The notes under the pieces were generated by a model that did no database searches, was not told the origin of the DNA, and worked only from the letters and a program-made list of their open reading frames with translations. Source: Mustelus asterias (Eukaryota). From it: 64,000 bases of DNA. Below are positions 12,272 to 24,636 of the stretch, one piece after another (position 1 is the first letter of the stretch; each line of letters begins with the position of its first letter). A program made the translations under genes and the position numbers. The DNA is taken from the NCBI RefSeq assembly GCF_964213995.1, contig NW_027590156.1:124001-188000 (forward strand), written 5' to 3'.

Positions 12272-12310
12272 CACAGTGAATGAGGCTCCCGCGGGCCTCA
12301 TACAAAAACT
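12272..12310 (+). promoter_or_regulatory. 23-RSS of V1
   Basis: CACAGTG, 23-nt spacer, ACAAAAACT. Confidence 0.92.
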
Positions 12311-13202
12311 GGCACAGGTCGATAATCAATGGTCCATTGTCAGGACAACACATGGGGTTAAATCAGAGAAATTTTACCCATAGTGAACGTGACAATATAG
12401 CCCCATCTGAGTGTTTTCCCTCACTGAGGTCAATAATTGTCACTGTTGGTAAATTTGAGATATTTTTACCCATATTACTATCAGATCAAGTCCAATCATT
12501 CCCCGATCCCATTCACACAAACCCGCAGATCTCTCAGGAGAACAAGGTCATCAATCTGTATTTTAAATGCTCCAGATCAGTTAACTGTGTGACAGGCCAC
12601 ACCTTTCAAAAGTGATCAAATATCAAAGGCAGACTCAGAGTTGTCACATGTTGAAGTTGCTGGGTTGATAATATTGACTGACTGAAATGTTTTCCCAGTC
12701 GAACCGTATCTCAATTCTGAGTTGGGTGATTACTTTTTCCCGGTGTACTTAAAACGGTATCTATTAATTATCCTCTTGCACTGGGCACTCAGTACTTGTG
12801 CATTAGACAAATGTCAAACTATCGGCATCATTTTTCAGCTTAATTCGGGGGAAAGATCTACCTAAAGAAATATACTGACATTGAGTTCGAAGGAAAGAGA
12901 GTTAAACCGAGAGAGAGACAGAATGACTGATAATGTGACAGAGAGCAAGAGGATGAGAAAGACGCACACAGCCTGGGCTACAACTTGATTGGAGAAAGCC
13001 AGCTGCACTTCGTCGTCAACGAACAGTGATAGGTCCAAAGCTAACGTCATCTCAGGCAGACCAGCCAATCGCAGCACTGAGAAACGCCCACCAGTTTCCC
13101 AATAATTGCAGTTGTCTCTGATCTAAGTTGACTCTGTGATATAAGACTAGAAGCACCAACATAGTTTAAACAGTGTCGCTGTTTTCTGTCCAACCAGGAA
13201 CC

Positions 13203-13639
13203 ATGTGTTCCCTATGAGCTTTACTGATAATAGTGGTCATGCTGCCCGGTGAGCCTGAGCTCAAATCCTCAGTGTGTGTTTCATCGGTAATATTCACTCA
13301 GATTTCTCATACATTCTATATGTTGTTACAGGAACCAATGGCCAAGATTCAGTTTTCTAGGACCTGCCCGAATTCACGGTCCAGGAAGGACAGACGGTAA
13401 TATTGAACTGCAATTACACAACAAAATACCCGGGCGAGACTCTCTTCTGGTACATTCAATATCCCGGGGAAGCTCCGAGATATTTCCTGAAGAAATACGG
13501 CAGGGGACAGGGGGAATAAGTCTCCAGATTTTCCTGACCGGTTTTCGGCTGAATTGGCCCAAGACAAGAGAACAGTTCCTTTAACTGTCACCGGGGTCCA
13601 TGTCTCTGACTCTGCCGTGTATCACTGTGCGCTGAGCCC
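13203..13639 (+). pseudogene. TCR alpha/delta-type V pseudogene (V2)
   Basis: 46-nt leader 13203-13248 (MCSL*ALLIIVVMLP, donor GTGAG); exon 13332-13639 QDSVF*DLPEFTVQEGQTVILNCNY..LFWYIQYPGEAPRY..(+1 frameshift)..[34 protein letters not shown]. Confidence 0.9.
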
Positions 13640-13678
13640 CACACTGCTACAGAGGCACAGTCAGTCCGTACAAAAACC
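13640..13678 (+). promoter_or_regulatory. 23-RSS of V2
   Basis: CACACTG, 23-nt spacer, ACAAAAACC. Confidence 0.92.
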
Positions 13679-14179
13679 GGCAAAGGCACCCTCACCTCCT
13701 CTTACTGAATCAGATCTGTGAACTGCATTGTGGATTTGTAATTTAACCCAAATCATATAAAGACCAGCTTGCCAGAATTCTTCCTTCCTGTGCTACACAA
13801 TGAGTCATTATATATCAAAGTTCTCTTTATATCGGCGGCGAGGATTTTTTCAGTTTCAGCGAGCAGCTCTTAATGAAAAACTCCAACCATGATAACACAA
13901 CTATTTAAACTATTACCCATTACATACACGTCCAATTTAAAGATTGACCCTGTTAATGAAACCATATTGAGAATACAACTCTAATTATTCTCTACCCCAC
14001 AGAGCAGTGGTTATGCAGTCGCTGGGTTTATTTAGACCAGATGTGAATAGATTTGTGGATATTAAGAGTAAAATGGGACTTCGGGTAGTGCAGGAAGGTG
14101 GTGAGAAATAGATAGGTAGACAGAAGGGGCATGTTCCAAAGGCAAAGTGGCCACTGCTGGTCTTTCATCTGCCCAGCTC

Positions 14180-14355
14180 GCTGACGTCACAAACTGCGTG
14201 TTGATTGGATGAAATATGGGAAAAAGGAGCAGTGAACCGATTGGTTGTCACCTGTCGCTCTGTCAGGAATAGACCAATCAGGTTGGCGGACCGGATGTCA
14301 CTGCACATCTTCTGAACTCTGACCTAAAACTATTGAGCTCAAACTCACTGAGTTC
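14180..14355 (+). promoter_or_regulatory. V-gene promoter (CRE and CCAAT boxes) upstream of V3
   Basis: TGACGTCA 14182-14189 and several ATTGG/CCAAT boxes; a homologous copy lies at 35570-35755. Confidence 0.65.
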
Positions 14356-14379
14356 AGATCCAGCATCAGCTCTGTGAAC

Positions 14380-14895
14380 ATGTTGGGACCTTTTACTCAT
14401 TCTTCACAGCTACTGGTCTCCTAACTGGGAGCTTCCAAGTTACACAATTTTCAGTTGTTAATGTTACTCACAGAGCATTTTTACTTTTTACCGTGTGCTT
14501 CCTGCATCTACAATATATTCTGTTAATTTGATAATCTTGGTTGTAATAAAATGATAACAAAATGATCCCTATTTCTGAAATAGGACAGATATTCCTGCTG
14601 CAGACTCGGTCGCACAGGGGCCAGTTACAGCGACACAGTTCGAAGGCGACTCTGTGATCATCAATTTCAGCTATTTCACCACTGCTACTTTCTACTCATT
14701 GCAACTATACCGCGAGAATCGGGACAAAGCTCCCTCGCTCTTGAGCCAGATTCCACTTGTTGGGGAAGCTGTCAGAGCAGAGGGTATAGGAATTCGATTT
14801 TCTTCATCTTTAGACACTTGAAAAAATGAGGGGAATTTGACTATCCGTGAGCTGCGGCTGACTGACAGCGCGATGTATTTCTGCGGACTGAGATG
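14380..14895 (+). pseudogene. TCR alpha-type V pseudogene (V3) lacking the first Cys and the conserved Trp
   Basis: Degenerate leader at about 14380; exon 14589-14895 ADSVAQGPVTATQFEGDSVIINFSY..YSLQLYRENRDKAP..RFSSSLDT*KNEGNLTIRELRLTDSAMYFCGLR; TGA 14819-14821. Confidence 0.85.
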
Positions 14896-14934
14896 TACAG
14901 TGACAGGAAGCTGAGGGACCCTCGTACAAAAACA
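14896..14934 (+). promoter_or_regulatory. Defective 23-RSS of V3
   Basis: TACAGTG (C1>T), 23-nt spacer, ACAAAAACA. Confidence 0.85.
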
Positions 14935-15850
14935 CTGCCGCAATGTGACAGGGTGTGTGGGATAGGGGCAGGGTGGGGAGAAACCTAGTCTTTCTAACCT
15001 ATCAGCAGAATGTGCCGGTTTCAAATAAATGTCAATAAATTCCAAGCCGAGAGTAACAGATTTGGGGAAGGTTTCCGCTATTCCATTTACATCAAACACA
15101 TTTCGGACATAATCCAAACTGTCTGAGAGAATTTACATAATTTTGTAAAATTTGCAATATAGACATGGGCATGGTCTGAGACCAGTCACAACCGGCAGCG
15201 TCTCCAATGGTTTACAAGGCAAGTAAAGTTGAAGGAAGGAGACAACCCGAGTGTAATAGAAACAGGCACCGGATCCAGTGAAATCAGGACAGACATATGG
15301 GCTCAGTGTAGTAATAGCTGAGACACTAGTTTGTGCCCTGTGAGAAGAGGCATGGTCTGAACAGTTGTTAGCCAAGGCATGGCCTTGTGTAATCGAAACA
15401 AGGAGATTATCTAATAAAATAATACATGAAACATAGTTTAATGCTACAATAGCAAAAAAGAGCATAAAGTATTATAAGTAGAGATAAAGTTCAGTACAGC
15501 ACTTGCGTCTTGGAAGTGCAGCAGAGAGGGAGAGATTCGCGAGAGGAGTGCTGCGGGTAAGCACTGTTATTTTTAACTTACTTTTTCGCGGGTTTTTTCT
15601 TTAAAAATATCTAAACCCGGAAGTGGTCGCGCAGGGAGGTCTGGGAGAGAGAGATTTTTTTTTCCCCAATAAATTGGAACAGAGAGGAATCCCGATACTC
15701 TACATTTGTAGAGTATCCCACCCTCCCTCCTCCTCTAACCTAAAAAAAAAGACCCAGTGAGAGCAGGACTTTGGAGAAAACAGGAGGAGGAAAGGTAAGT
15801 TTAAAATTTTCATTCACTTTTTTTTCCCCTGTGTGTTTAAAAGGGCAATT

Positions 15851-16768
15851 ATGAGTGTGAGGCCAGTATGTTGTTCCCAATGTAGGATGTGGGAGGTCCT
15901 GGAGGCTCCTAGCCTCCCGGACGACCATATCTGTGCTGGGTGTGTTGAGCTGCGGTTCCTAAGGGACCATGTTAGGGAACTGGAATTGCAGCTCGAGGAC
16001 CTTCGCCGGGTTAGGGATAGTGAGGAGGTCATTGACAGGAGCTATCGGCAGGTGGTCACACCGGGACCACGGGAGGAGGGTAACTGGGTAACAGTGAGGA
16101 AGGAGAAAGCTCAGTTGATGGTGAGCACCGCGGTGGATGTGCCCCTTAATAATAAGTACTCCTGTCTGAGTACTACTGGGGTGGACAGCCCACCTGGGGG
16201 AAGCAGCGGTGGCAGTGTCTCTGGAGCTGAGCCTGGCCCAGTAGTGCAAAAGGGTAAGGAAAGGAGGGTAGTGCTAATTGGGGACTCTACGGTGAGGGGG
16301 TCAGCTAGGCGTTTTTGCGGACACAGACGGGACTCTCGGATGGTGGTTTGCCTCCCTGGTGCAGGGGTCCGGGATGTCTCTGGTCGAGTCCCAGAAATCC
16401 TGAAGGGGGAGGGAGAGGAGCCGAAGGTCGTGATGCATATAGGTACTGCTGACATAGGTAGGAAGAGGGAAGGGGTCATGAAAAGAGAATATAGGGAGTT
16501 AGGTAGACAGCTGAGAAAGAGGAATGCAAAGGTAGTAATCTCGGGATTGCTGCCTGTGCCGCGGGAGAGTGAGAACAGGAATCGGTGGAGAATGAATGCG
16601 TGGCTGAGGGACTGGAGCAAGGGACAAGGATTTGGGTACTTGGATCATTGGGACCTCTTTAGGGGCAGGTGTGACCTGTTTAAAAAAGACGGGTGGCACT
16701 TGAATCCCAGGGGGACCAATATCCTGGCGGGAAGGTTGGCTAAGGCTACTGGAGAGACTTTAAACTAG
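15851..16768 (+). CDS. CR1 ORF1 (zinc finger/leucine zipper plus SGNH esterase)
   Basis: CSQCRMWE..ICAGC, VLIGDSTVRG, HIGTADIG, DGWHLNPRG; uninterrupted frame. Confidence 0.85.
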   Translation: MSVRPVCCSQCRMWEVLEAPSLPDDHICAGCVELRFLRDHVRELELQLEDLRRVRDSEEVIDRSYRQVVTPGPREEGNWVTVRKEKAQLMVSTAVDVPLNNKYSCLSTTGVDSPPGGSSGGSVSGAEPGPVVQKGKERRVVLIGDSTVRGSARRFCGHRRDSRMVVCLPGAGVRDVSGRVPEILKGEGEEPKVVMHIGTADIGRKREGVMKREYRELGRQLRKRNAKVVISGLLPVPRESENRNRWRMNAWLRDWSKGQGFGYLDHWDLFRGRCDLFKKDGWHLNPRGTNILAGRLAKATGETLN

Positions 16769-16773
16769 AAAGG

Positions 16774-19685
16774 TTGGGGGGAGGGAATCGAAATGAGGGG
16801 ACTGAGAGCGAGGAGGTTAGCTCGCAAATAGATAAGGAATGTAAACAGGGTAAGAGGGAGGTTAGACGAGTGATGGAGAAGGGAAGTGCTCAGGCTGAAG
16901 GTCTGAGATGTGTCTATTTTAATGCCAGGAGTGTAGTGAATAAAGTGGATGAGCTTAGAGCGTGGATTGCTGTTTCGAATTGTGATGTGGTGGCCATTAC
17001 GGAGACTTGGATGTCTCAGGGACAGGACTGGGTGCTTCAGGTGCCGGGTTTTAGATGTTTCAGGAAGGACAGGGAGGGAGGCAAGAGAGGGGGGGGAGTG
17101 GCACTGTTGATCAGGGATAGTGTCACGGCTGTAGAGAAGGTGGACGCCGTGGAGGGATTGACTACGGAGTCTCTGTGGGTGGAGGTTAGGAACAGGAAGG
17201 GGTCGGTAACGTTGCTGGGTGTTTTCTATAGGCCGCCCAATAGTAACAGAGATGTTGAGGAGCAGATGGGGAAACAGATCCTGGAGAGATGTAGGAATAA
17301 CAGAGTTGTCGTGATGGGAGATTTTAATTTCCCAAACATAGATTGGAATATCCCTAGGGCTAGGGGTTTGGATGGAGAGGAGTTTGTTAGGTGTGTCCAG
17401 GAGAGTTTCCTGACACAGTATGTGGATAAGCCTACTAGAGGAGAGGCTGTGCTTGATCTGGTGCTGGCTAATGAACCTGGACAGGTGGAGGATCTCTCGG
17501 TGGGTGAGCATCTTGGGGATAGCGATCATAATTCTATCTCCTTCACGATAGCATTGGAAAGAGATAGGATCAGGCAGGCTAGGAAAGTGTTTCTCTGGAG
17601 TAAAGGGAAATACAGTGTCATCAGGGAGGAAATTAGACGGGTAAATTGGAAGGAGGCATTCTTGGGGAAAAGTACCGAAGGAAAGTGGAGGATTTTCAAG
17701 GAATGTTTGTCTGGAGCTCTGCATGACAACGTTCCGATGAGACAGGGGGGTGTTGGTAGGGTACGGGAACCGTGGTGCACGAAGGTTGTGATGAACCTGG
17801 TGAATAAGAAAAGAGAGGCGTACAGAAGGTTCAGAGAGCTAGGAGGTGTTCAGGATTTAGAGGAGTATACGGGATGTAGGAGGAGCTTAAGAAGGAAATT
17901 AGGAGAGCGAGAAGGGGTCATGAGAAGACCTTGGCGGGTAAGATTAAGGAGAATCCCAAGGCTTGCTACAAATATGTCAAGAGTAAAAGGATGAGATGTG
18001 AAGGCATAGGACCCTTAAAAGGTGAAGGGGGAAAAGTTTGTGCGGAACCGTTAGAAATGGCGGAGCTGCTTAATGAATACTTTACCTCGGTATTCACGGT
18101 GGAAAGGGATCTGGGTGGTTGTACTGCTGGTTTGCGGTGGACAGAAAGGATCGAACATGTGGACATAAAGAAAGAGGATGTGTTGGAACTATTGAATGGC
18201 ATCAAGGTTGGTAAGTCGCCGGGACCGGATGGGATGTACCCCAGGTTACTGTGGGAGGCAAGGGAGGAGATTGCGGAGCCTTTGGCGATGATCTTTGCAT
18301 CGTCGATGGAGACGGGAGAGGTTCCGGAGGATTGGAGGATTGCAGATGTGGTCCCTATATTCAAGAAAGGGAACAGGGACAGCCCGGGAAATTACCGACC
18401 GGTGAGTCTAACCTCAGTGGTTGGTAAGTTGATGGAGAGGATCCTGAGAGACAGGATTTATGATCATCTAGAGAAGTTTAGTATGATCAAAAGTAGTCAG
18501 CACGGCTTTGTCAAGGGCAGGTCGTGCCTTACGAGCCTGGTTGAGTTCTTTGAAAATGTGACCAAACACATTGACGAAGGAAGAGCGGTGGATGTGGTCT
18601 ATATGGACTTCAGCAAGGCGTTCGATAAGGTCCCCCATGCAAGACTTCTTGAGAAAGTGAGAGGGCATGGGATCCAAGGGGCTGTTGCCTTGTGGATCCA
18701 GAACTAGCTTGCCTGCAGAAGGCAGAGAGTGGCTGTGGAGGGGTCTTTCTCTGCATGGAGGTCAGTGACCAGTGGAGTGCCCCAGGGATCTGTTCTGGGA
18801 CCCTTGCTGTTTGTCATTTTCATAAATGACCTGGATGAGGAAGTGGAGGGATGGGTTGGTAAGTTTGCTGACGACACCAAGGTAGGTGGTGTTGTGGATA
18901 GTTTGGAGGGATGTCAGAAGTTGCAGCGAGACATAGATAGAATGCAAGACTGGGCGGAGAAGTGGCAGATGGACTTCAACCCGGATAAGTGTGTGGTGAT
19001 CCATTTTGGCAGATCCAATGGGATGAAGCAGCAGTATAATATGAAGGGTACCATTCTTAGCAGTGTAGAGGATCAGAAGGACCTTGGGGTCCGGGTCCAT
19101 AGGACTCTTAAATCGGCCTCGCAAGTGGAGGATGCGGTCAAGAAGGCGTACGGCGTACTGGCCTTCATTAATCGAGGGATTGAGTTTAGGAGTCAGGAGA
19201 TAATGCTGCAGCTTTATAGGACCCTGGTTAGACCCCACTTGGAGTACTGCGCGCAGTTCTGGTCACCTCATTACAGGAAAGATGTTGAAGCCATTGAAAG
19301 GGTGCAGAGGAGATTTACAAGGATGTTGCCTGGATTGGGGGGCATGCCTTATGAGGATAGGTTGAGGGAGCTTGGTCTCTTCTCCCTGGAGAGACGAAGG
19401 ACGAGAGGTGACCTGATAGAGGTTTACAAGATGTTGAGAGGTCTGGATAGGGTAGACTCTCAGAGGCTATTTCCAAGGGCTGAAATGGTTGCTACGAGAG
19501 GACACAGGTTTAAGGTGCTGGGGGGTAGGTACAGAGGAGATGTCAGGGGTAAGTTTTTCACTCAGAGGGTGGTGGGTGAGTGGAATCGGCTGACGTCGGT
19601 GGTGGTGGAGGCAAACTCGTTGGGGTCTTTTAAGAGACTTCTGGATGAGTACATGGGATTTAATGGGATTGAGGGCTATAGATAG
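16774..19685 (+). pseudogene. CR1 ORF2 (APE endonuclease plus reverse transcriptase), one frameshift and one stop
   Basis: [32 protein letters not shown]; frameshift at about 17880; TAG 18705-18707 at a Trp codon. Confidence 0.9.
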
Positions 19686-19895
19686 GCCTAGAGGTGGGGA
19701 TGTGATCGGCGCAACTTGTGGGCCGAAGGGCCTGTTTGTGCTGTGGCTTTCTATGTTCTATGTTATACCGAACAACGCAATTATTTAGTGACAAGACAGC
19801 TTTGGTGTAATCTTTTGAATTTCTTGCAAAAGTAATTCCTGAACAATAATGTTCTGAACTGAACTGAACATCACGGGGAGAAAGTCTGAACTCTA

Positions 19896-19911
19896 CCACA
19901 AGGTGGCAGCA
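19896..19911 (+). promoter_or_regulatory. CTCF-like motif
   Basis: CCACAAGGTGGCAGCA closely matches the CTCF core. Confidence 0.5.
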
Positions 19912-20330
19912 AACGCTCAGAATCTGCTGACATCGCAGCGCAATGTTTGGTGAATATTTTCATGTTATTTCACACTGAAGGACAATTAACACGTTTCATT
20001 TCATTCTCATCATTTTCACCTGACGTAACCCGTCTCCATTGCGGATGATATTTTAAACCGAGTGTTACTTTCCTTTTAACACATTTCACTGCATCGACAG
20101 AGCTAGTTTCAGGAAAGCGGCAGGAGTTTGTGTTGTTAATGGTGGGCAGCTAATGTTGCAACCACGCAGTAAATGTAATAACCATGTAAAATCCCACCGT
20201 TTCTGGTGGGATTTCTGCTGATTGATCTTGGGGTGTGAGCGCGCAGGAAACTATTGACGTGCCAGTGTGTGTGACCGGCTGTTATAAACAGCCCTCAGCA
20301 AAAACGGGCTGTGATCCAGAAACCTGTGGC

Positions 20331-20369
20331 CGTTTTTGTACGAGGGCTAAACGCGTTCCCATCACTGCG
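20331..20369 (-). promoter_or_regulatory. Defective 23-RSS of V4
   Basis: CGCAGTG (A2>G), 23-nt spacer, ACAAAAACG. Confidence 0.85.
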
Positions 20370-21382
20370 AGACTCTGTGCACGGTAATAGACCGCGGTGT
20401 CAGACAGCCGCAGATCCGCGATTGTCAATCGGTACAACTTGTTTGACTGTTGGACTCTATCAGAAAACCAGTTCTGAGCGCAATCTGCTTTGAAATCAGA
20501 ACTGCCGCCAGTGTCCCTGCGGACTGCAAACTCGGGCTGTCTGCCTGGGTACTGACGGTACCAGAATAAATAATCGGTATTGTCGGTAAAGGTGCAGCTT
20601 AAAGTGACATATGTTTCCTCTGGCGGTGTGAGTGAGGAATCCCGCTGAGTAACAGAATCTCCATCGCTCTGATCTGGAACACATGGTTAAAAAAACGGAA
20701 ATAATCAACTGAACTGAACTGAAAGTGACAATTAGTGGTCAGTATTACATTGAATAAAATGGAGTTCAGACCTTTGAAAATAAACTTGCCACAAAATTGA
20801 TCTGTGTCGGTATTACATCCGAAAGAGCGTAATTCGCCTGACTTCATCTCACACACTCAGAGTTTTCATCCATTTCTTTCTCCATCATCTCTATATTTGG
20901 CTTCCCTTGTGGTAATGATGTACAGATTATAAACACACGCTGTGTAGGGAGGCTTGTCCACAGTGCCCTTTTGCATCTCTTTGAACCATTACATTTATCA
21001 TATTCAATGATCCAGAAGTGAAAACAACTCTGCAGCACTAGCCTATTAACTACCTTTCAATCTCATTTTGAAGACCTCTGTCAGCCTATCCCTCCAGCGT
21101 CGCTTTGCGAGATCAAATAACCTCAGCCAGCACAATTATTTCTGAAAGCTATTTCATGTCAATTGCGGTATCACCTTCGGAAAGATTTTTTCTCATTTAC
21201 TCCTGTGCCCTAACATCTTTTCCTGACACTCCTCATGTGGTCGGAACAGCTTTCAATACAAGTGTTAAATAGACTATTTACTTTTCAAATCCAATTCTCT
21301 GAAATTAATCTTCATTTAGAATTTTAAATTTCTCACCGACACTGAAAGCTGCCCAGAATACAGCGAGAACGGGGATCCGCAT
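20370..21382 (-). pseudogene. TCR alpha/delta-type V (V4), open frame but second Cys>Arg
   Basis: Leader 21382-21337 MRIPVLAVFWAAFSV with donor GTGAG; exon 20673-20370 DGDSVTQRDSSLTPPEETYVTLSCTF..YLFWYRQYPGRQPEF..LTIADLRLSDTAVYYRAQS; TGATGTCA at about 21480. Confidence 0.88.
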
Positions 21383-22934
21383 CGCTGCTGCTGTGTCAGA
21401 AAGGTGCAGAATAGAGAATTGTAAAAGAGCAAATGTCACCTGCTGCAGGACAACACAGACTCAGAGCAGCCACATTTCTGATGTCACTTCCTGCAGGATA
21501 TCACACGGATGGAGCTGTCGGAGTTGCCTCTCACCAATTTGATGTTTCTTAACCAGGGGTACGTGTTTATATAGGGGATCGCAAACGTTAACGCCATATC
21601 CCACTGATCATAGGTAAAGGTTTCTGAGTGCAGACAGCTGGATATCCAAGATATATAAGCGGGAAAATCAACGCCAACTTCTTTGTGAGGCGGTTGAAGA
21701 AAATTTCACTTAGCATTGAATGACTTACAAACTTTAACAAAGTTGGTACGCGCCTACTGCCCCGCAGAATGGAATGAAAATTAAACTATCCTTCCCACAG
21801 AGAGGCAACGTTATATAATTTTCCAATTATACCATATTACTGAGTTCAGTTCCTTGTAGGTAAATCCTACCTGTGACAACACTGCCTAGAACTTGCCTGT
21901 GCTGTTCCCGCTTTGACCCTTCTCACCTGCCCTGTTTTATTGGAGAGATTTTTGCAACTTTTCTGTTTGGCATTGGTTGGATCCGCCGTCCAATGGGAAG
22001 GGGATGTATATTTCTACCCTGACAGAGGATTTCACAGACTGCAAAGTTACAGATTGAGGAAATATCAAATGGAAATATCTCAAAACATTAATTATTATAT
22101 CACTTCAGATTAAGTGGATGTTTCCCACTAAAATTAACACTCCTTCGTGCCCCACCCCAATCCGTCTGCCATATCCGAAACATTATTATTTACCAAAATG
22201 ATGATGCAGTGATAAATACTCATAACCTATGTTCAAAAGAGGAGTCCATGGCTGAAATGATGGTTGAAGAGCGGAATAATTTCACCACAAGTTCCATCTT
22301 GAAAACAAAAGATCCAAGTCCTTATGGGTTCTGGTACAGTCAGAACACAGGCAACTTCTACAGAAGGCGTTCTAATTCGGGGGTGGGTGGGAGGGGGGGG
22401 GGGCGGGGGGAATAGCAAAACGTAACCCCGACTTTACGCAGCCATTTGCCCCTACGCTTATTAAAGTCACAGAAATTACAGAATTAACAATATAAAAAGC
22501 TTTGATATCCACTACCGCTATTTCTGCTCCAAGAGCCTCACATTGCTGCAGAGAAATAACGAACTCAGTATAAACGCCCACACTCAGAGTTACGGTTAGT
22601 GTCACAACTATGCGCTCCCACACTAACACAACAAAAGCCATAATTCAACGACCACCTAAAGATACAATGACCAGCAAAGGTCTATGAAGCGACGGAAAAA
22701 AGCTAGTAAAAGGGATTATGAAAGGAGACTTACAAAGCAGATCGAGATCAATAAGATAAATATTGGTTACATAAAGGAAAAGAGGGGATCAGGAACAATT
22801 TCAGTCCATTGGAGACTGAAAGTGGTGATATTGTTATTGACTGTGGGAAAAGGGGATCCGTAGTTGCCCTTTAGAATATGGCGCTGAGCTGCTGACTTTC
22901 ACCGCTGCTGTCCGAATTACACAAATAGAAATAG

Positions 22935-24217
22935 TAAGTAATTTCACAGCACCAGGTTAAAGTCCAACAGGTTTATTTGGTAGCACGAGCTTTCGGAGCA
23001 TTGCCCCATTCATCAGGTGAGTGAAGAGTTCGTTTCACAAACAGAGCATGCATAGACACAAACTCAATTACAAGATAGTGATTGGAATGGGAATCTTAAC
23101 AGGTTATCAAGTCTTCACCGGTGTGGACAATGTGAGTGGAGGGAGGGTTAAGCACAGGTTAAAGAGATGTGAATTGTTTCCAGGCAGGACAGTTCGTGAG
23201 ATCTTGCAAGCCCAGGCAAGTCGTGGGGGTTTCAGATAGTGTGACATGAACCCAAGGTCCCGGTTGCTACCGTCCTCATATGTGCGGAACATGGCTATCA
23301 GTTTCTGCTCAACGATTCTGCATCGTCGTGTGTCATGAAGGCCGCCTTGGAGAACGCTTACCCGAAGATCAGAGGCTGAATGCCCTTGATTGCTGAAGTG
23401 TTCCCCGGCAGGTAGGGAACTCTTCTGCTTGGTGATTGTGGGGAGCGGTGTCGATTCATCTGTTGTTGTTACGTCTGCATGGTCTCCCCAATGTACCATG
23501 CCTCGGGACATCCTTTCCTGCAGTGTATCAGGTCGACAACGTTGGCCGAGTCGCAAGAGTAGGTACCGTGTATCTGGTGGATGGTGTTCTCACGTGAGAT
23601 GATGGCATCCGTGTCGATGATCCGGCACTTCTTGCAGCGGTTGCTGTGGCAGGGTTGTGTGGTGTCGTGGTCACTGTTCTCCTGAAGGCTGGGTAGTTTG
23701 TTGTGGACAATGGTCGGTTTGAGGTTGGGCGGTTGTTTGAAGGCAAATAGTGGAGGTGTGGGGATGGTCTTGGCGAGATGTTCGTCTTCATCGATGACAT
23801 GTTGAAGGCTCCGGAGAAGATGTCGTAGCTTCTCCGCTCCGGGGAAGTACTGGACGACGAAGGGTACTCTGTCTGTCATGTCCGGTATTTCTCTTCTGAG
23901 GAGGTCTGTGTGGTTCTTCACTGTGGTGTGTCGGAACTTACGAGGGCGTCTTTCAGCGTCTGTGGGCGTCTGTTGCGATCCACCTCATCTGAGTAGCAAA
24001 CTATCCAGCCTTCAGGAGAACAGTGACCACGACACCACACAACCCTACCATAGCAACCTCTGTAAGACGTGCCGGATCATCGACACGGATGCCATCAGCT
24101 CACGTGAGAACTCCATCCACCAGGTGCATGGTACATACTCTTGTGACTAGGCCAACGTAGTCTACCTGATAGGCTGCAGGAAAGGATGGCCCGAGGCATG
24201 GTACATTGGCGAGACCG
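22935..24217 (-). mobile_element. Penelope-like element (minus strand) with an inverted 5' segment (about 23990-24217, plus)
   Basis: RVPFVVQYFPG, CHSNRCKKC, WYIGETMQT GIY-YIG motif; pLTR with hammerhead motif at 22984-23019. Confidence 0.88.
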
Positions 24218-24352
24218 TGGTTCGAATTGGAACTTTCCACTGCGGGCAAACGGGGCCAGTTGGTTATTGAAAACACGGAGAGCGCGGACGCTCTGTATTA
24301 CTGTGCGATACAGCCCACACTGAGGAAAGACGCTAGTCACTGTACAAAAACC
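24218..24352 (+). pseudogene. 3' fragment of a TCR V (V5) with a 21-nt-spacer RSS
   Basis: WFELELSTAGKRGQLVIENTESADALYYCAIQP, then CACACTG 24316-24322, 21-nt spacer, ACAAAAACC 24344-24352; 5' part replaced by Penelope. Confidence 0.8.
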
Positions 24353-24636
24353 TCACGCCTGTTTTCAGTTGCTGCCGCAATCCCACAGATAGTACAGCAG
24401 GCAATAGCTGCCAGAACCAGAGCAGGAAATGGAGCATGTGAGCGGGGTTGCCCGGGGCTTTGCAATTCCCGACAGCGACTTTACTTTTCTCACACATATT
24501 GACAGTCATGATGTAACTCATCCGATTGAAGAAACAGTCGCTCAGTGAGTGTGGGCTTTATGGTGAGGAAATCATCCGCATTCTTTAATTTAAGCATGAT
24601 ACTCCACTGTCTCGAATCAGACATTTGGTTTATGGC

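Larger units (their letters stand above)
15500..19766 (+). mobile_element. Near full-length young CR1 LINE
   Basis: 5' UTR, ORF1, ORF2 and (TTCTATG)n 3' tail; 5' boundary approximate. Confidence 0.93.

Noticed and set aside
15959-19238. Long antisense ORFs (for example 16765-17724 minus)
   Set aside because: Shadows of the CR1 ORFs
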